Below are positions 25,539 through 36,871 of a stretch of DNA of 64,000 nt, one piece after another (the stretch's first letter is position 1; the number at the start of each line of letters is the position of its first letter). A program made the translations under genes and the position numbers. Under the pieces are notes generated by a model. The model made no database searches and was not told where the DNA came from. It saw only the letters and a program-made list of their open reading frames with translations. The DNA is from Squalus acanthias (lineage: Eukaryota). The stretch is taken from contig CM059438.1 of NCBI GenBank assembly GCA_030390025.1, forward strand, positions 56,174,001 to 56,238,000. The letters are read 5' to 3'.

Positions 25539-28500
25539 GGAAGCAGAGGGTAATGGTTGATGGGTGTTTTTGTGACTGGAAGGCTGTTTCCAGTGGGGTT
25601 CCACAGGGCTCAGTACTAGGTCCCTTGCTTTTTGTGGTATATATCCATGATCTTGACTTGAATATAAGGGTTATGATTAAGAAGTTTGCAGATGATACTA
25701 AAATCGGCTGTGTGGTTAATACTGAAGAAGGAAGCTGTAGACTGCAGGAAGATATCAATAAATTGGTCAGGTGGGCAAAACAATGGAAATGGAATTCAAT
25801 CCGGAGAAGTTTGAGGTAATGCATTTGGGGAGGGCTAACAAGGAAAGGGAATATACATGAAATGGTAGGACACTGAGTAGTGTAGAGGAACAAAGGGACC
25901 TTGGAGTGCATGTCCACAGATCCCTGAAGGTAGCAGGCCAGGTAGATAAGGTGGTTAAGAAGGCATACGAAATGCTTGCCTTTATTAGCCGTGGCATAGA
26001 ATACAAGAGCAGGGGGGGTTATGCCTCAACTGTATAAAACGCTAGTTAGGCCTCAGCTAGAGTACTGCTTGCAGTTCTGGTCACCACATTACAGGAAAGA
26101 TGTGATTGCACTAGAGAGGGTACAGAGGAGATTTACAAGGATGTTGCCGGGAGTAGAGAATCTTAGCTATGAGGAAAGACTGGATAGGCTGTGTCTGTTT
26201 TCCTTGGAACAGAAGAGGCTGAGGGGAGACCTTATTGAGGTGTATAAAATTATGAGGGGCATAGATAAAGTGGATACAGAAACATAGAAACATAGAAGAT
26301 AGCAGCAGGAGTAGGCCATTCGGCCCCTCTAGCCTGCTCCGCCATTCAGTGCAATCATGGCTGATCATCCAAATTCAGTACCCTGTCCCTGCTTTCTCCC
26401 ATATCCCATGATCCCTTTAGTCTTAAGAAATATATCTATCTCCTTCTTGAATATATTTAATGAATTGGCCTCTACTGTCTTCTGTGGTAGAGAATTCCAC
26501 AGGTTCACCACTCTCTGGGTGAAGAAATTCCGCCTCATCTCTGTCCTAAATGGCTTACCCCTTATCCTTAGACTGTGACCTCTGGTTCTGGACTCCCCCG
26601 CCATCGGGAACATCCTTCTTGCATCTAGTCTGTCTAGTCCTGTTAGAATTTTATAAGTTTCAATGAGATCCCCTCTCATTCTTCTAAACTCTAGCGAATA
26701 TAAGCCTAATTGACCCAATCTCTCTTCATACTTCATTCCTGCCATCCCAGGTATCAGTCAGGTGAATCTTCGCTGCACTCCCTCCATGGCAAGAACATCC
26801 TTCCTCAGATAAGGCGACCAAAACTGCACATAATACTCAAGGTGTGGTCTCACCAAGGCCCTGTACAACTGCAGCAAGACATCTTTGCTCCTGTACTCGA
26901 ATCCTCTCGCTATGAAGGCCAACATACCATTTGCCTTCTTAACCGCCTGCTGCACCTGCAAGCTTACCTTCAGCGACTGGTGCACAACGACACCCAGGTC
27001 TCGTTGCACTTCCCCTTTTCCCAATCTATTGCCGTTCAGATAATAATCTGTCTTCCTGTTTTTGCCACCAAAGTGGATAACCTCACATTTATCCACATTT
27101 TACTGCATCTGCCATGCATCTGCCCAATCACCCAACCTGTCCAAATCATACTGGAGTTTCTCTGCATCCTCCTCACAGCACACACGCCCACCCAGCTTTG
27201 TGTCGTCTGCAAACTTGGAGATATTACAGCTAGTTCCCTTGTCTAGATCATTAATATATATTGTGAGTAACTGGGGTCCTAGCACCGATCCCTGCGGTAC
27301 CCCACTAGTCACTGCCTGCCACTCGGAAAAAGACCCGTTTATTCCAACTCTTTGCTTCCTGTCTGCCAACCAGTTTTCTATCCAAGTCAGTACCTTGCCC
27401 CCAATCCCATGTGCTTTAACTTTGCACGCTAATCTCTTATGCGGGACCTTATCGAAAGCCTTCTGAAAGTCCAAATACACCACATCCACTGGTTCTCCCT
27501 TATCTATTCTACCAGTTACATCCTCAAAAAATTCCAGTAGATTAGTCAAGCATGATTTACCTTTTGTAAATCCATGTTGACTTTTTCCGATCCTGTCACT
27601 GTTTTCCAAGTGCTCTGCTATTACATCTTTTATAATGGACTCTAGCATTTTCCCCACTACCGATGTCAGGCTTACCGGTCTATAAATCCCTGTTTTCTCT
27701 CTACCACCTTTTTTAAATAGTGGGGTTACATTAGCTACCCTCCAATCCATGGGAACTGTTCCAGAGTCTATAGAATTTTGAAAGATGACCAGCAATGCAT
27801 CTACTATTTCTAGGGCCACTTCCTTAAGTACCCTAGGATGTAGATTATCAGGCCCTGGGGATTTATTGGCCTTCAATCCCGTCAATTTCCCTAACACCAT
27901 TTCCCTACAAATACTGATTTCATTCAATTCCTCCCTCTCATTAGACCCTATGTTCCCCGACATCTCTGGGAGGTTATTTGTGTCCTCCTTTGTGAAGACA
28001 GAACCAAAGTATGTATTTAATTGGTGTGCCATTTCTTTGTTCCCCATTATAAATTCCCCTGATTCTGACTGCAAGGGACCTACGCTTGACTTCACCAATC
28101 TTTTTCTCTTCCCATATCTATAGAAGCTTTTACAGTCAGTTTTTATGTTTCCAGCAAGCTTACTCTCATACTCTATTTTCAACCTCTTAATTAATCCCTT
28201 TGTCCTCCTTTGCTGAATCCTAAACTGCTCCCAATCCTCAGGTTTGCTGCCTTTTCTGGCCAATTTATATGTCCTCTCCTTGGATTTTATGCTATCCCTA
28301 ATTTCCCTTGTTAGCCATGGTTGAGTCACCTTTTTTGTTTTGTTTTTATTTTTATTTCCCTTAGCAGAGGGATCAAAAACCAGGGGGCACAGATTTAAAG
28401 TAATTGGTGGAAGGTTTAGAGGGGATTTTAGGGGAAATTTCTTCACCCAGAGGGTTGTGGGGGTCTGGAACTCACTGCCTGAAAGGGTGGTAGAGGCAGG

Positions 28501-28675
28501 AACCCTAACCACATTTAAGAAGTACTTGGATGTGCAATTGGGACGCTCTAACCTGCAGGGCTACGGACCAAGAGCTGGGAAGTGGGATTAGGCTGGATAG
28601 CTCTTTGTTGGCCGGCGTGGACACGATGGGCCGAATGGCCTCCTTCCATGCTGTAACTTTCTATGATTCTATAAT
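25539..28675 (+). mobile_element. 5'-truncated CR1 LINE inserted in the 34-bp array, split by a second CR1 (own parts 25539-~26275 and ~28350-28675)
   Basis: KQRVMVDG..SGVPQGSVLGP..KFADDTK..LVRPQLEYCLQFWSP..GIDKVD, resuming as LFPLAEGSKTRGHRFK...; tail TTCTATGATTCTATAAT. Confidence 0.9.
26276..28335 (-). mobile_element. 5'-truncated CR1 LINE (~2 kb) with a near-complete RT domain, nested in the previous CR1
   Basis: KSPGPDNLHPRVLKE, YRPVSLTSVVGK, QHGFTKGKSCLTNL, VYLDFQKAFDKV, GVPQGSVLGP, KFADDTK; isolated stops near 27100 and 26758; (TTCTATGT)n tail seen as AGAAACATAGAAACATAGAA at 26278. Confidence 0.94.
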
Positions 28676-29145
28676 TCAAGGTGGGTCTGACCAGAATTGG
28701 ACCCAGTGTTCAAGGTGGGTCTGAACAGAACTGGTCCCAGTGCTCAAGGTGTGTCTGACCAGAACTGGACACAGCGCTCAAGGTGGGTCTGACCATAACC
28801 GGACCCAGTGCTCAAGGTGGGTCTAAACAGAACTGGACCCAGTATCAAGGTGGTTCTGAACAGAACTGGACCCAGTGCTCAAGATGGGTCTGATCAGAAC
28901 TGGACCCAGTGCTCAAGGTGGGTCTGACCATAACCGGACCCAGTGCTCAAGTTGGATCTGACCATAACTGGACCCAGTGTTCAATGTTGGTCTGAGCAGA
29001 ACCGGACCCAGTGCTCAATGTGGGTCTGACCAGAACTGGACCCAGTGCTCAATGTGGATCTGACTAGAAGTGGACCCAGTGCTCAATGTGAATCTGACTA
29101 GAAGTGGACCCAGTGTTCAAGGTGGATCTGACCAGGACTGGACCT
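28676..29145. repeat. 34-bp minisatellite, right part
   Basis: Same unit as 23968-25538, resuming immediately after the CR1 tail. Confidence 0.93.
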
Positions 29146-29309
29146 AATACACCCGTGGGTGGGGTACTGAGCCCAATACACCTGTGGGTGGGGTACTGAG
29201 CCCAATACACCCGTGGGTGGGGTACTGAGCCCAATACACCTGTGGGTGGGGTACTGAGCCCAATACACCCGTGGGTGGGGTACTGAGTCCAATACACCTG
29301 TGGGTGGGG
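29146..29309. repeat. 29-bp minisatellite AATACACCYGTGGGTGGGGTACTGAGCCC, left of the provirus
   Basis: About 5.6 copies; the last unit is cut after GGGG by the LTR. Confidence 0.92.
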
Positions 29310-30633
29310 TGTGAAGGAAGAAACTATATAACCTTTTTAGAAAAATACACTCTCTTATGAAAGAATTCTGGCCTTGTTGAGATAAGACAGTTGTTGACTC
29401 TGAATAAATAACCTGATTAACACAGAAGAATGGGTGAATCCGAATGGGTGGCCTTGTTGGAACAGAACAATGGTCAACCCTGGGTAAATGATTAAACCTC
29501 TTAAAGATGACACATGAGATAAGGGACATCTGCCCTTCACACCTGTATGGTAAACTCCCAATAACTATTGCTGATGTGGCAGTAAGAATTAGCAGAGGTC
29601 AGCAGAAAGATGAATAGTGATAATTAACTTGGATCAGCAGAAAGCTTATGGAATACAACTGAAAAAGGGTATAAATATTGAAGTCTCAAATGGGATATCA
29701 GACTCACTTTCACAGAATCCCCACAGTGCAGATAGAGGCCATTTCGGCCCATCGAGCCTGCACCGACACATACCCCACCCTATCCCCGTAACCCCATGTA
29801 TTTAATCCCCCCTAACACTAAGGGTCAATTTATCATAGCCAAATCAACCTACCCCGCACATCTTTGGACTGTGGGAGGAAACCGGAGCACCCGGAGCAAA
29901 CCCACGCAGACACGGGGAGAATGTGCAAACTCCACACAGACAGTCACCCGAGGCCGGATTCGAACCCAGGTCTCTGGCGCTGTGAGGCAACGGTGCTAAC
30001 CACTATGCCACCGTGTTACCTTTCATCGGGCAAAGCGATTCTCGACTACGGAGGCGGCTCTGTAGTCTTTCATTCTTTGTACGTCGGGGATCGAAGGTAA
30101 TTTGATATTGATGGATATCCTGTATAGAAAATTTTAAGAACTGTAATACTGTAGCGAAGTTAAGATTTAAAAGTAAGATTCTCTGTTAAAAAGAAGATCG
30201 TATTTTTTTCTCTTTTTTGAACTGTTAACGTTGCAATTGACTGATTCACCAACTGTAAATTGCATGTTGGTTCTTTTAATAAATCTCTATATATTTTTAG
30301 AATTGTCTCACATAAGTCTTCTGTATCAATAACTCACGAACCCAATCTCTGTACACTCTTTGGTGAAGAGGTACATTTCTGAGGGGAGATCTCTGGACCC
30401 TCATAATATTCGGGATGTTACAGTCTAGCTAAACTTATTAAAAGTGCTATCTGGAGGACGGTAACATTCTTGGGTTGCTCCTTTCCTTTCGGTAGAGATA
30501 GACTGGACCATTAAACCCAGTTAAGCGTCTTTAGGATTCGGCTACCTCAACCTTTAGTTGAAAGTGAACATCTGAGAAATAAGCCTGATCCGGGGTAGCC
30601 CCAAATGGGCTCGGACTAGTAAATATCCTTTCA
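29310..30633 (+). repeat. 5' LTR (1324 bp including a SINE insertion)
   Basis: TGTGAAGG...CCTTTCA; TATAAA 29670-29675; AATAAA 30278-30283; colinear with 37140-38147. Confidence 0.95.
29713..30019 (-). mobile_element. tRNA-derived SINE (HE1/V-SINE-like) inserted in the 5' LTR
   Basis: Minus strand shows A-box TGGCATAGTGG, B-box GGTTCGAATCC, central GTGTGGAGTTTGCACATTCTCCCCGTGTCTGCGTGGGTTT and a 3' end CTCGATGGGCCGAAATGGCCTC like local CR1 tails; 6-bp TSD CTTTCA (29707-29712, 30020-30025); absent from the 3' LTR. Confidence 0.9.
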
Positions 30634-30635
30634 GT

Positions 30636-30653
30636 TGGCGACCAACATGTGTG
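30636..30653 (+). promoter_or_regulatory. Primer-binding site, degenerate tRNA-Lys1,2-like
   Basis: TGGCGACCAACATGTGTG, 2 nt after the LTR CA; 13/18 match to the foamy Lys1,2 PBS TGGCGCCCAACGTGGGGC. Confidence 0.75.
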
Positions 30654-30891
30654 TTAACGAGTTGATACAGAACCCTATATTTATATCTATATCCATCTCG
30701 TAGATTGTTAAGTATAGAAGGAGTGTTTTACTGACAGTGGTACTAAGACCCAGATTGAAGTCTCTAGAGACGACAAGTCCCTGATCAGGCCTTGTAGAAC
30801 TTAAATCACAACTCCCTCAATATACCATTGAGGTCTAGAAATTTCTTATAAAATTCATATTAAACTCTAACTGAGATTCGGTCCTGACAAA

Positions 30892-32877
30892 ATGGCAAAC
30901 CCTGTCGAAAATAGCCAAGTCTTTTTATTAGGAAATTCAAACGATTGCTTTATTAGGGGAAATAATCCTATCCCTGTACCTCCACAAGACCAAGTGATAT
31001 TTTTTGAAATAGAAGGCTTTGATGCCGAAGGAGCCGTTAGAACTCATGGCACGATTAATGTTGATCCCCAGAACCAGGGGATACAGAATATCCAGTGGGA
31101 TAATCAAACAAATACTCCAAACCCACTAAATTCCTCAATGATGAGGTGCACACCCGCACAATTGGGAGGCCTGATGAACGGTGCCCAACAAGTTGGAGGC
31201 AACCATGGCCGAATAGTAGGACCCGGAGCAGCCTATGCTCCTGGGGGCCATGGATTCCGGTTAAGGTGGCAAGCTCGTGATGAAATAAATGACCAGAATC
31301 TTCGAGAAGACTATAGACAACTTAGAATCCATTATAATCAATGCCAACAGGCACTAGTTCAATCTTATCTCAATGCTGGAGGCGCAGGGATTGCTGGTCC
31401 AGTAAGCCAACGCCAGCAACCACACATTGCGCCCCTAGGTCAAGTAAACCTAAGCTCTATCTACACAATGTGTGGTAGACCGGGAAGCACCAGCCAGGGA
31501 AAAACCTGCTGGATTCTAACTAACCTTGATAAATTGGAAACCTGCTGCCAAGATTGGAATGCCCAACACCTGAGGCAACTACTACAAATGATGCTAAGTT
31601 CAGACTTAATTCCCCCATTAAACCAGTGTAACAGCTGGGTTCAAATAGCCGCTTATGTTCTCACGGCAACTCGGGGAGGGCATGTAATGGGTTCCATCAA
31701 GGAAATACTCACTAATACAGCCACAACTAAAGGGTTGGTAGCTGCCTACAGATTAGGCAAGGTACGCACACAGGATAACTGGGACATTGTCCACGGTTGC
31801 CTGACCAATCAATATCAAAATACCGCCCTCAAACTTGCCTGTGAGGGTGCTGGAAACAATTATCGAGATAACCAACAAAGATGGGATAATGGCCCAAAAA
31901 TTAGTCCCGCTACGCGAGAGTACGCACTGTGTACTCTCGCGTATTCTGTCTCCAATTGCCGGTTTTCTGCATGCACTGCGCATGCGCTGAAAACCGCCAC
32001 TTGGTGAATGGAAAAGGGGGCGGGTCCTAGGTGCACCGCGTGCGCGCTACAGGCTGCGCGCACGCTGTGCACTTAGTGGTTTCAACGCGCAGGTAAGTAC
32101 GGAAGATTCTAGACATAAAAAAAGGAGGAGTAAGACCCACTTTTAACAAGGTAAGTAGTGAATTAAGTATTATTTTGAATTTTTTTTAACAGGTATATCT
32201 TTTTTAGAGACTTTAAAGACAGGTAAGTTTATTTTTATAACTTTTTAAAAGATTTTAAATTTTTTCAAAAATTTAATTTTTTATTTAAAATGGTTAATTT
32301 ATTTAACTATACTTATTTTATTAATGTGATGGTTTTTTTTTTAAATTTAATTGAGGTTTAGCGGTTCTTTTGGGGGGCTATAGTATTCATAACTTTCACA
32401 GCACTTATGTGAAAGTTATGAATGGAAGATGGTGTGCTGCCATTGGCTCTAACTGAGTCACGTGATCCCACAGCTCGCACGAATTAACTACGCCGGTGGG
32501 ATACGCAAGCCCAGCACAGCAGCTGTCCAGAACATCAAGTTAGTGCGAGCTGGAACTGAAAAAGCCAACGCGGAGTGAGAGATCGCGGGGAGGCCTTACC
32601 CTCGCACGAAGGCTTCCTCACGAATTTTTGGGCCATTGTTAATTGCATTATCCAATTAAATCACAACCTCTTAGGTCTACCCCAAACTAAACCTATAATG
32701 AGACCAGAAACTAGGGATAAAAATACCAGAGAAGGTACCTTTAGTACTCAGAAACAAGGACCGCATAGACCCAAGTTTCAAGTCCACCCCGCCCAGACAC
32801 AAACTCGTGGCTCAGGACCCCCAGGAGGGTATTCCAGAAGGTTTACACCCCCAACTTGCCCACAAACACACAAGTGA
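30892..32877 (+). pseudogene. gag: Foamy-like Gag (~413 aa when 31891-32634 is removed)
   Basis: ATG at 30892. CNSWVQIAAYVLTATRG..GLVAAYRLG..DNWDIVHG resembles PFV capsid CLTWDSAVATLFIRTHG..GVATAYTLG..QNYQLVSG. After the insert the frame continues IVNCIIQLNHNLLGL (YxxLGL-like) into a G/R/P-rich tail. No CCHC box. Confidence 0.85.
31891..32634. mobile_element. 744-bp non-autonomous TIR element inserted in gag
   Basis: TIRs GGCCCAAAAATT / AATTTTTGGGCC; flanks AAT/ATT; GC-rich ends and AT-rich core; 16-bp internal hairpin 32385-32423. Confidence 0.85.
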
Positions 32878-35800
32878 AGGCCCTGTTTGATACGGGAGCT
32901 GATTACACTGTAATGGACCCCAAAATTATAAAAACTAAGTGGACAGATTTGGGGAGGCCAATTTGTAAAAAACCATTAGGGGGATTCACACAAGATAAAA
33001 CCCAAATAGTTAATTTTTACAAAATACCTATTACTATATACGGAATCACAGTGACCCTAGATGCAGGACTGGTACCACAATTGGCCTGTTCCCTCATTAT
33101 AGGACAACCAGACATGAATCTTTACCTTAAAATCTCAACCAGACCTGTAGAAGCATCCACAGACCAGGATGACAGGGAAAAACATGTTCGGGCACAGCTT
33201 GATCGAACTTGCCTAGAGGGGGGAGACAAAGACCTCCTACAGCAACTCATTAATAGATACTACCCTTATCTACAACGCCATCCAAATCAATGTGGAAAGA
33301 TAGACATCAAACCCCACCCACTTGATGCTGGCTGGCACAAACCGAAAAAACAGTGGCCTATTCAAGACCACAAGGGAAAATTAGATCTCCTAACAACCCT
33401 CAAAAAACTAACAGAACAAGGTGTCTTAATCAAAATGGCATCTAGAACTAATTCACCATTGTTTGGTGTTGCTAAACCAGATGGGAGGTGGAGATTAGTG
33501 GTCGATTATACAGCCTTAAATAAGGTAACAGCCCCACATACTGCACAACAGCAAAATCCCACAGCCCTTCTCTCTGGAATCACGAGGGAAAAATATAAAT
33601 CTTGTATTGATCTAGCAAACAGCTTCTGGTCCCATCCAATCGAAAAAGCTGATTGGCCAAAAACAGCGATGACTGGACCCGATGGTCATCAGTATTGCTG
33701 GACCAGATTGCCCCAGGGATTTCAAAACAGTCCCGTTCTCTTTTCAGCCCATATCATTGACCTTTTAAAAGACCTACCTAACGTCAATTCTTATGTGGAC
33801 GATATATACCTGTCACATGACAATCTCCAAGAGCACTTGAAAGCCATTGATATTGTTTTATCCAGACTTACAACTGCTGGGTATTTAATGAACATAAAAA
33901 AGAGTCAACTAGTTAGGGACTACGAATAACTGGAAACGGTAGAGGATTAACTCAATCCTATAAAGAAAAATTAGCCACCATTCAATACCCTAAAACTCGG
34001 AAAAACCTGCAAGCAAGTTTAGGACTCCTGAATTTTGCTCGATCCTTTACGCCAACCTTTGCCGAGCTCTCAGCACCCCTGTATGCTAGAGTGGGCGAAG
34101 TAGCAAAAGGATTACTCAAAATTGCAACAATTTTGGCGAGAGGTACAAAAAGCCATAGACCTGGAACAGAGGGACCTACAAGTTCCCCTCAATATTCATC
34201 TCAGGTCATCACCTAAAGTGTCAATTGCAGTTTTCTATAATGAAAAGAGCATTGTGCCCATTCAGTTCCATTCTTATAACTTTTCCAATGTCGAAAGGAG
34301 GTACATTAAAAAAGAAAGGGTCATGACTATGGTAGTCCAATGCCTCATCAAGGCACGAACCCTTCAAGGGAAATAGCCCATTACCATCTATACTGAGATT
34401 CCCTATTTAAGATCAGTATTGAGGATGGCCTCTGATGAAAAAAGAGCCACCCAGATCCGATATGATAAATGGGCATCGTTCTTGAATGATCCTACACTCA
34501 TTTTTAAATTCCTATCCCTGGAAATGGACTGAGAGCATCTCCCCATCATGGAGGATGATAATACAGAGGAGGGAATCAGACAAATACCTATGAGACCGCT
34601 TACAGAGTACCATCAACTCATTTACTGTGATGGATCGTCAATGACGATTAAAAAAGGGACATCCCAATAATCCTCAGCTGGGATGGGGATAGTAGTAGGG
34701 ACTTTGAGATTCCTATTCTTTATATCCAGAAGAATTACTGTCCATACCCCTTGGCCATAAGACAGCGCAATATGCTGAAGCCGCAGCACTACGGTATGCT
34801 TTAGAAAAGGCAGACCCTATTAAACCCACATTAATCTGAACAGATAGTGACTACTGTAAAAGAGGATATAACCAAGATCTAGTTTTCTGGGAACAAACAA
34901 ATTTTACCAATCATAAGGGTAAACCTATAAAGCATAAGTCATTGTGGGAAGACATTCTCCGTTCGAGGATGGTGAAACAGAATTGTCAGGTGATTCATGT
35001 AAACGGGCATACCACTGGGACAGTACACTCAAAAGGCAACAGTCTTGCAGACGAACAAGCGAAACGTTCGGTCTGCATGACACCCCCTCGAGAGGGGCCT
35101 GCCAATATTAGTGTTATTACTAGGGCAGAACGGGCAGCTAATCAGGATGAGGAACTGATTCAGCTATTAGACCCAACAAAAGAGAATCCACCAGGATATC
35201 CATCAAAGTACTTTTACTCGGAAACCCCTACTGGTATTGTGCTAGCTGAGTTGCCCAAGGGAAACTGAGAGGTACCCCTGAGACACAAACAAGAACAGCT
35301 TGTAAAAGAAGCTCACGAGGGCATAGGTCAAGCACATTATGGTGCCAGAACAACATTCTGCAAATTGACTCCCTTATATTGGTGGCCAGACATGCTTAAG
35401 GCCTGTAAAACATACGTGGCAAATTGTGAGCCATGCAATTTAACCAATAAGTCATCACTAATTAAGCCACCACCATTGGTTCCTGTGAAAGCTGATGAAC
35501 CAATGGGAAAATTGATTTCATTGGACCACTTCCCCCGTCTTTGGGATACAGACATGTTCTCCAGAAAACGCACTCGCCAATGCTATTACTGACATAATTA
35601 CTGTAGCTGGTGCACCCAAAATCTTACACTCCGATCAAGGCGGAGCCTTTGCCTCCAAGGTCTTCAAAGACTACTGCGAACAAAGGGGGATTGGGTTAGA
35701 GCACAGCACACCACGTCATCCGCAATCAGCGGGGCTGGTAAAAACCAGGAAGTAAAAATGCTATTGGTCAAACTGTTGAGAATCAGGGGAAATAAGTGGA

Positions 35801-36522
35801 CCGCCATCATTCTGGAAGTGCAGCTATCACTTAATAATGTGCCCACATCTGCATCAGGGACAGTGTTCCCTAAAACTCCATATTATCTGATGTATGGGGT
35901 TGAGATGAATACACCGCTTACCCATAGTTCTTTTATTGCCTCTACACTCTCTGAGTCCTTGACCCGACAGCGACAGTTACATTTAAAAAATGAAATAACA
36001 GATGAGATTCATCAAATTGATCAGAGGATAAGGGAGACAAATAGGCAGAAAAAATTGACAAACAAAGCATGGCAACCCCTAGCAGGAGAATGGGTAGAGG
36101 AAAAGAAGTTCGAGCAAAAACCTGGTTTAAGACCTAAGTGAAAAAAACCTGTTCAAATACATTCTGTTATTAACGAAAGAACAGTTAAAATACATATTAA
36201 TCAGCCGAATGGCAAGCAAACTCTTAAAACTGTCTCCATAGACAATCTCAAAAGGTGTCCAGTGGGATACCGAGATGGAGGAACAATACAAGGTGCAGTT
36301 GTACACTGTCTTTCAAGACCCAGCTTGGAGCACGACACAGGAAATGGATGCGATCGAACTACTGACGACGGTCAGCCAGACAGTGTCGCCGACTCCTCCA
36401 CACGATGCTTGGCAACGCCTCAGGAATTGGATTCGCAAAAAGCCACAACCAAAACAAGTAAAGACCAACAAGTTACTTCAACGAAGGAGGAAAGCACTGC
36501 GGATGGAGAAGGAATCAACTGA
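32769..36522 (+). pseudogene. pol: Foamy-like Pol (PR-RT-RNase H-IN) with several stops, frameshifts and small deletions
   Basis: PR ALFDTGAD; RT WRLVVDY, YVDD, LGLLNFAR; RH IYCDGS, TDSDY, HVNGH, GNSLADEQA; IN GYPSKYFY, H..H..YWWPDM..CEPC, DFIGPLPPSLGY, LHSDQG, STPRHPQSAG, WQPLAGEWVEE, TVSIDNLK. First stop at 33927-33929; final frame ends at TGA 36520-36522. Confidence 0.95.
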
Positions 36523-36871
36523 GCTTCTGGCAAGGCCTTTAAGAAAACAAGGAAAACCAAAGTCTCCTGATGACAGAACTTATCTCTCTAATGGCTCATC
36601 ATCGTTTGAGGAACAGTTTGATAATACCTCTATCCCAATATACCAATCGGATGTGTATAGAGCGGTTGTACCTTTAAATCAATCTTTTACGGACTTTATA
36701 AAATCAAGTGACTCTTCCCGACGTCACAAGAAACGTTCTACATCAATGAACACCCGCTCGCTCCAACAGTCTTCTCTGCTACTAGCAGAATCTGTCCTCA
36801 CGCTGGATCAATGGAACAGCGCGTCAAGCTTCAGCCAGCTCCAACAACGTCTCCTTCACTCGTATGAATAA
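36275..36871 (+). CDS. env: 198-aa ORF in the env position; heavily reduced Env-like protein with furin site RRHKKR/S
   Basis: ATG overlaps the pol 3' end by ~250 nt. RHKKR-STSMNTRSLQQSSLLLAESVLTLDQ aligns by eye with the PFV SU/TM junction RKRR-S..NNYAKLRSMGYALTGAVQTLSQ. Sequons NGS, NTS, NQS lie upstream. No membrane anchor. Confidence 0.6.
   Translation: MEEQYKVQLYTVFQDPAWSTTQEMDAIELLTTVSQTVSPTPPHDAWQRLRNWIRKKPQPKQVKTNKLLQRRRKALRMEKESTELLARPLRKQGKPKSPDDRTYLSNGSSSFEEQFDNTSIPIYQSDVYRAVVPLNQSFTDFIKSSDSSRRHKKRSTSMNTRSLQQSSLLLAESVLTLDQWNSASSFSQLQQRLLHSYE

Noticed and set aside
23968..29309. CRISPR-like appearance of the 34-bp and 29-bp repeats
   Set aside because: Units are head-to-tail with no unique spacers, there are no cas genes, and the context is eukaryotic.
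29930..30015. tRNA gene
   Set aside because: The A/B boxes belong to the SINE head, which is followed by SINE body and tail and flanked by a TSD.
31891..32007. C-terminal 38 aa of the 371-aa ORF as real Gag
   Set aside because: Read-through into the TIR insertion; Gag similarity resumes at 32635.
36096..36108. Purine run AGAGGAAAAGAAG as a central PPT
   Set aside because: It lies roughly where the PFV cPPT is recalled to be, but it does not match this element's 3' PPT (AAGAGGGGG) and is explained by EEKK codons.
36262..36522. 86-aa ORF as an accessory gene
   Set aside because: Same frame as the integrase C-terminus (continues from TVSIDNLK), so it is the pol tail overlapping env.
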